Assembly (NCBI GenBank): GCA_965198235.1
Contig: OZ240248.1
Span: 4,704,001 to 4,768,000, forward strand
Source: Candidatus Poribacteria bacterium
GTDB taxonomy: Bacteria > Poribacteria > WGA-4E > WGA-3G
Reading direction: 5' to 3'
DNA: 64,000 nt
In this document: positions 58,736 through 64,000 of the stretch, piece after piece
Layout: the number at the start of each line of letters is the position of its first letter
Numbering within the stretch: the stretch's first letter is position 1
Notes under the pieces: generated by a model
Told to the model about the DNA's origin: nothing
The model's database searches: none
What the model saw: only the letters and a program-made list of their open reading frames with translations
Program-made: the position numbers and the translations under genes

Positions 58736-59530
58736 TTAAACCGTATCCAAAAATCCCAACTCACGCAACCGATCAATCCACTGCTGCCGTTTTTCACTGC
58801 CCTCTGGGTTAGCGACCCAGCGTGGATCGTAGAGTGGCGCGCCCGGTCGGTTAAAGTGTTCAGGACTCTTCGCATTGCTGCGCGCCCGGTCGCGTGTGGC
58901 AGCATCTTCTACTGGAGTTTTCGGATTGTTATAGTAAACCATAGTGCACATTCGACGGTCATCGCTGCCACCCCAACTGGCATGCCAGCACCGCATATCG
59001 AAAGCGACCACGTCGCCCGGTTCCGATTTGCAAACATAACCCGGAACGTCGCAAATCTCCAGCCCCAACTCGTTCAAATTTTCCCGCAGATCGTTGTGCA
59101 TCGAATTTTTGTGAGAGCCGGGAATCAACCGTAACGCCCCGTTTTCGGCATCAACGGGTTCAAGATAATATGCAAATTTCACCCCGTAGCAATCCTTACT
59201 TGGATCAACGTTATGGTCGGGGTGCCAACCTGTATTGCCTACATAACGGTTCGCATCCGAAACAACGAAAAAGACATCATCACCGTATAGTTGCTCTGCC
59301 ACCCCGCAGAACCGCGAGTCTTCCGGCAGGTTCGCGAAGAATGGGGTTTCGGGTCCCATCATCGGCAGCCAATGTCGGTGCGTTCCATCAAAGGGTGCAT
59401 GACGATATGCAGATGCCATCGCCGCTTCAAACTCCTCGTGTACCGTGTTCAGTTCGTCTTGGCTGAACACTTGCCGAAAAATGAGGAATCCTAAGGTGTC
59501 GAAATGCTTGATTTGCTGTTCTGTGAGCAT
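58736..59530 (-). CDS. Phytanoyl-CoA dioxygenase (PhyH) family protein
   Basis: MLTEQQI.HF...GF, WHPD, NGALRLIPGSH, WHAS, RR. Confidence 0.9.
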   Translation of the reverse strand: MLTEQQIKHFDTLGFLIFRQVFSQDELNTVHEEFEAAMASAYRHAPFDGTHRHWLPMMGPETPFFANLPEDSRFCGVAEQLYGDDVFFVVSDANRYVGNTGWHPDHNVDPSKDCYGVKFAYYLEPVDAENGALRLIPGSHKNSMHNDLRENLNELGLEICDVPGYVCKSEPGDVVAFDMRCWHASWGGSDDRRMCTMVYYNNPKTPVEDAATRDRARSNAKSPEHFNRPGAPLYDPRWVANPEGSEKRQQWIDRLRELGFLDTV

Positions 59531-59554
59531 GGTGTTCCTCCGCGTTTTATAGAG

Positions 59555-60769
59555 TTACGAATCAACAGTAACTGATACGGTTTCCCAACTATTAATAAAA
59601 TCCTCAACGCTGAAATCCGTGGGCATATCGTTCGGATTATAGTCAGACATTCGTTGGAAGCCGGGTTGATAGGTCTCCTCTGGGAGTTTCAACTTTTCGT
59701 CAAGTGGCTCGAATCGCCGCCAGAGTCCGGCTGCCTGTTCAGGAGTAAAGTGATTTCCAAGATAGGTGATGTCTCGACCGTTCCCCCATAGAGAGGCAGG
59801 ATTCGCAGTTGTGTGCTTTAAGTTATACAGTTTGCCAGCCAGTTTTGAGAGCATAACGACGGTCACCATCTGCTCATGTGACGAGGGATGCAACGCCTCC
59901 AGTTCAGCGCGGAATCTGTCTGCATCTCCGTTAATGATGGTATTGAAGATAGCGGCTATCCGATCGAACTCCTGAAAAAAGAGCGCGTCCCATGCCTCAA
60001 ACTGTTCGCGTGCTGTATTTGAGAGATGGTGATAGAACCCCGGTTCCCAGTGTCGCCAATGGACATTGGGTAAAGCCGCAAATCCGAATGGACGGTAACC
60101 CGGATGCAGTGTGCGCCGCATCTTACTGCTGTAATAACTTCCCCAGTGCAGCAATAGATGTGTGTACACGACACCATCTCCAGCGTTCAGTTCGACAGAC
60201 ATCCCGTCCGGCAATGGAACAGACGGATTTTCTGCGAGTTGTTGGCACTCTGCCTCGGTATTGATTCGGTGGTGACTGCGCGGGACAATCCAGAATACAC
60301 TATCGTCATACAAGGCAATATTCCATTGGAGATAACTCGGTCCGTGGTGTTCCATATTTGAGATCATTCCACGCAGTGGCGCAGGTTCACCGGGACCGAT
60401 GTCGCGGTGCCAGCGCATCGGACCGGCATCGTGGTTCCCACTACAAATACAGGCAAATTGGTGCGGCACGACATGCTCTGCTTTCATCAACTGCTGGCTA
60501 ACCCCGAGCGTGTTCTCATGAAGCAGAAATTCGATTGCCGAGCCAGACATCTCATCACAGTCGGTGTCAAATTTCAGGCGCGGTTGAGCAGAACTTTCCC
60601 AATCCCCGCCTTGTGGATCGGTGGGAAAACGTCGTTGCGCAGAAAGTTCTTTTCTCCGACTGACCATGTGTTCGATACTACGGCGCAACGGTTCGAGTCG
60701 TGCCTTCGGCACGACGGATCGCAGAATGTTGTAACCTTCCTCTCTGAACTGTTGTCGATCGACTTGCAT
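59555..60769 (-). CDS. PhyH family dioxygenase with C-terminal extension
   Basis: FREEGY, WHRD, VPRSH, LLHWG, RR.LH. Confidence 0.8.
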   Translation of the reverse strand: MQVDRQQFREEGYNILRSVVPKARLEPLRRSIEHMVSRRKELSAQRRFPTDPQGGDWESSAQPRLKFDTDCDEMSGSAIEFLLHENTLGVSQQLMKAEHVVPHQFACICSGNHDAGPMRWHRDIGPGEPAPLRGMISNMEHHGPSYLQWNIALYDDSVFWIVPRSHHRINTEAECQQLAENPSVPLPDGMSVELNAGDGVVYTHLLLHWGSYYSSKMRRTLHPGYRPFGFAALPNVHWRHWEPGFYHHLSNTAREQFEAWDALFFQEFDRIAAIFNTIINGDADRFRAELEALHPSSHEQMVTVVMLSKLAGKLYNLKHTTANPASLWGNGRDITYLGNHFTPEQAAGLWRRFEPLDEKLKLPEETYQPGFQRMSDYNPNDMPTDFSVEDFINSWETVSVTVDS

Positions 60770-60797
60770 GATATGTTTCCTCTTCCTCACGCGGGTT

Positions 60798-61823
60798 TCA
60801 ACGCGCTAACTTCTGCTGTAGTTTCGAGCTATCTATAACTTCCCGATTCACAACCCACGTTGGAATTTGTCCGGAAGCCACGTTGATGATGCTCCCACAC
60901 GCACTCTTGGCGTTGCCTTCAAAGCATTCATCCGTCCAGCAAATACTGTGTGGGGTTACGATAACGTTGTCCAGACTTAAGAGTGGATCGTCGTCGCTAA
61001 TTGGTTCTTGTTCAAAGACATCGAGACCTGCTCCTTGAATCTGTCGATTCTGAAGTGCTTCTGTGAGTGCTTTCTGGTCAACGATTGGACCGCGTGCGGT
61101 GTTAATCAGATAAGATGTCGGTTTCATCAACCCGATACGTCTCGCATCAATGAGTCCGCGCGTTTCTTCGTTTAATGGACAGCAGACACACACAAAATCA
61201 GCGGTTCGCATCAAGGTATCCAGATCGACGGGTTCTACACCTACTTCTGCTGCTTCAGCAGGCGTGACGTACGGATCGTAGGTGATATGGCACATCCCGA
61301 AAGGTTTCGCCAGTTTAAACGCCTCTTTTCCGATGTTGCCCATGCCAACAAGCCCAAGTGTTCTACCGACTAACCCCATCCCCCTATAGTTTTGTGTGTT
61401 TCTCCAGCCACCCTCACGGGTGAGTCGATCCTTTATTAGCAGTTGGTGGCTCAACGATAGGACAAAGGTCATGATGGAGGTGGCAACGGGGCGGCGAACA
61501 CCATCGGGGGCAATCGTTAGCAACACACCGTTTTCGGTACAGGCTCCCACGTCCACCTTATCATAGCCGACACCGAAGCGGGCAATGACAGCCAACTTAT
61601 CAGCGTTTGTAAACGTCTCTGCCGTAATACCCGCGCCCAATACTAAGAGCGCATCATAATCCTGCACCTGTGCCGCTTGTAATACCGGTGTATTCTCTGC
61701 AATATATTCCCAGTGCAGATTTGCTTGGTCAAAAAGAGGACCAGCGATGTCATCTAAATCGCAGGTGCCATCGGGCCCCAGAAAGTCGCGCGTGACACCT
61801 ACGCGAAATACAGATTTATCCAT
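60798..61823 (-). CDS. D-isomer specific 2-hydroxyacid dehydrogenase
   Basis: RFGVGYD, GLVGMGNIG, LINTARG, LDVFEQEP, TPH. Confidence 0.92.
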   Translation of the reverse strand: MDKSVFRVGVTRDFLGPDGTCDLDDIAGPLFDQANLHWEYIAENTPVLQAAQVQDYDALLVLGAGITAETFTNADKLAVIARFGVGYDKVDVGACTENGVLLTIAPDGVRRPVATSIMTFVLSLSHQLLIKDRLTREGGWRNTQNYRGMGLVGRTLGLVGMGNIGKEAFKLAKPFGMCHITYDPYVTPAEAAEVGVEPVDLDTLMRTADFVCVCCPLNEETRGLIDARRIGLMKPTSYLINTARGPIVDQKALTEALQNRQIQGAGLDVFEQEPISDDDPLLSLDNVIVTPHSICWTDECFEGNAKSACGSIINVASGQIPTWVVNREVIDSSKLQQKLAR

Positions 61824-62022
61824 TGGCAATTCCTATTTATTTATTGTAAAACCCGAAAATACTTGAACACTTTGAGAAGTTAACCCTCTATCCCCTTATC
61901 AGGGGTTAAGAGATACGTCGAAACCTCTCCAGTCTAAAATGTTTCAATAGTTATGGGCTTTACCATTTAAAAGTAGAATTGATAATCCTAAAATTATAAC
62001 TGCAAAAATTCGATATTTCATA

Positions 62023-63615
62023 CTATTTTTCGATCCAAATTTGGCGGAAGTATTTCCAATTCAAGGGTTGGAGTTTGAGATTTTTTACCTTTTTGTTAAT
62101 GACTAAAATCTGTTTCGCATGCGCCAATGGGACCCACGGCACATCTTTGTGAAAGATCCGCTGTGCTTCTTGGTAAAGCGAGACTCGCTTTTCGCGATCC
62201 GAGGTTGCCCTTGCCTGCTCTAAAACGGCTTGCATTTCATCGCTTCGATAAAATGCGATATTTCCAGCGGGCTTCTCCGCTGACGATTTACTGAGAAGGA
62301 AGTAGAGGAAGTTATCAGGGTCCCCGAGGTCGGCACTCCATCCTAACATTGCGATGTCGTGCTCTCCATTTTTTGTTTTTTCAAGATAGGTGCCCCAGTC
62401 GAAGGTCACGATTTTTGTCTCAATTCCAACATTTCGGAATTCGGATTGGAGAACTTCTGCAAGGGCGCGTCCATCAGGAATATAGGGACGTGGGACGGGT
62501 AATGCCCAGAGCGTTGTCTCAAACCCGTTGGGGTATCCTGCTTCAGTGAGAAGTTTCTTCGCCAGTTCTGGGTCGTAGCCGTAATCCTGAATCGAATCAT
62601 CATAACTCCAGAGTGTCGGTGGGATTGGGTTCTTCGCTGGGATCCCTAAACCTTGATAGAGGTGTTCAATAATTGCTGATTTGTTGATAGCGTGGTTAAT
62701 CGCGAGTCGTACTTTGAGATTGTCGAAAGGGGGTTTGTCCATGTTCATTGCCAAGTAGCCGATGCTCATGCCGGGTTGCGATAACAATTCAAGCGTTTCG
62801 TCATCTCGGATCTGTTGCAAATCGTCCGGATTTGGGAACTCCATCGCGTGGATACTGCCTTGCTGAAGTTCAATAAGCCGCACTGAGTTATCAGGAATAG
62901 AGCGAAGGATGACTCTATCTAACATAGGAGGGCCGCCCCAATAAGTCTCGTTTGCCTCAAGCACGATTTTATCTTTCCTATCCCACTGCCCAAACTTAAA
63001 GGGACCTGTGCCGACTGGGTTATTGGAAAACTCATCGCCCCATTTTTTTACTGCTGTTGGGCTAACAATGGAGAAAGGGGTTATTGCAATCGTATAAATA
63101 AAGGGGGCATAAGCCGTTTTGAGGTGAATTTGAACCGTAAAGTCATCAACAGCGATAATTTTGTCCACAATCTCTGCCAAACCGGTGGCTATCCAGTAAA
63201 TATAGCTACCGCCAACTTTATGGAACGGATGTGTATCATCGTGCTGTCGGTTAAGAGAAAAGAGAACGGCTTCGGCGTTGAAAGGGGTTCCGTCATGGAA
63301 AGTTACGCCTTTCCGAAGGTGAAATGTCCATATCAAACCATCTTCTGAGCTCTCCCAACTTGTAGCGAGGCCTGCTTCAAGTTCAGTGCTTTCATCTTTG
63401 TATTGCACGAGCGTATCATAGACATTATCGCAAACTTTGAAGGATTCTCCATCTTCCTCAAGGGCTGGATCCAATCCCACAGAGTCACCGCCGCGACCGA
63501 ATATTAGAGTGCCGCCGCGCTTTAGGTGTGAATCGGCAAGGATCGGGGAGAACCCCGCAAGTAGCGATATTAGCAGCGTGGATAAGAGAATCCGTGTAAA
63601 AAATCTGTGTTTCAT
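62023..63615 (-). CDS. dppA: Dipeptide ABC transporter substrate-binding protein
   Basis: Signal peptide; LATSWE.S.DG, F.LR.GV.FHDG, PVGTGPF, RPYIP, GW..D.GDPDNF. Confidence 0.9.
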   Translation of the reverse strand: MKHRFFTRILLSTLLISLLAGFSPILADSHLKRGGTLIFGRGGDSVGLDPALEEDGESFKVCDNVYDTLVQYKDESTELEAGLATSWESSEDGLIWTFHLRKGVTFHDGTPFNAEAVLFSLNRQHDDTHPFHKVGGSYIYWIATGLAEIVDKIIAVDDFTVQIHLKTAYAPFIYTIAITPFSIVSPTAVKKWGDEFSNNPVGTGPFKFGQWDRKDKIVLEANETYWGGPPMLDRVILRSIPDNSVRLIELQQGSIHAMEFPNPDDLQQIRDDETLELLSQPGMSIGYLAMNMDKPPFDNLKVRLAINHAINKSAIIEHLYQGLGIPAKNPIPPTLWSYDDSIQDYGYDPELAKKLLTEAGYPNGFETTLWALPVPRPYIPDGRALAEVLQSEFRNVGIETKIVTFDWGTYLEKTKNGEHDIAMLGWSADLGDPDNFLYFLLSKSSAEKPAGNIAFYRSDEMQAVLEQARATSDREKRVSLYQEAQRIFHKDVPWVPLAHAKQILVINKKVKNLKLQPLNWKYFRQIWIEK

Positions 63616-63651
63616 AAATTTCTCCGAGGTTTATAAAAAGATATACGCTTT

Positions 63652-63680
63652 ATGATACGGAGTTTTCTGCAAAATGTCAA
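63652..63680 (-). promoter_or_regulatory. sigma70 promoter of dppA
   Basis: TTGACA-N17-TATCAT. Confidence 0.7.
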
Positions 63681-64000
63681 GCGGTCTTTTCTGTGAACTC
63701 GAGGAGTTTAGAGGTTTACGTTTAGCAAACATAGTGTCTTCTTGGCGGAGAAAAATAATAGGCTCAATTTTCACAGAATACAAGTTGAAACCCTTTTTCT
63801 GTAAAAATCGTTTTATTAATTGGGGAAATGTCTTAAAAATAGTGGCGAAATTCCAGATTCGCCTGAGGAATTATGTTATCTTTTGAACAACTCATCCAGA
63901 ATTTAACGGACACAACGCAACCGAGTATTGTTCGCTGCAGTGCTATTACAAATCTTGTCTTGCAGGGTAGCTCACAGGGAATAGGATCCCTAATTGAGGT

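Overview
Bacterial chromosomal window, most likely Candidatus Poribacteria (inferred from a C-terminal 'VDAKSKLATTWGHLK' motif, three PhyH dioxygenases, a DUF1549/DUF1553 protein and an ECF-sigma remnant). It starts in a defence island (TIR/SEFIR-ABC ATPase fusion, DUF4276, type I HsdR), followed by metabolic and housekeeping genes (ggt, glyA, folC, hppA, ilvD, thiolase, tmk, holB, metG, addB-like, sodA, T-box-controlled ilvBNC, dppA). The most striking part is the ~1.1 kb non-coding gap at 52.6-53.7 kb, which holds two back-to-back structured RNAs. One is a ~550-nt OLE-like large ncRNA on the minus strand, followed by a KOW-domain gene instead of oapA. The other is a protein-less IS200/IS605 element carrying an IscB-type omega (HEARO) RNA, inserted between the RBS and ATG of a phyH gene. 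Other highlights are a TGT fused to an ArcS-like DUF5591 domain, an internally deleted TnpB element that splits a promoter, a Val-specifier T-box and a DddK/DddW-like cupin. All family calls come from motif recognition by eye; no database searches were run.
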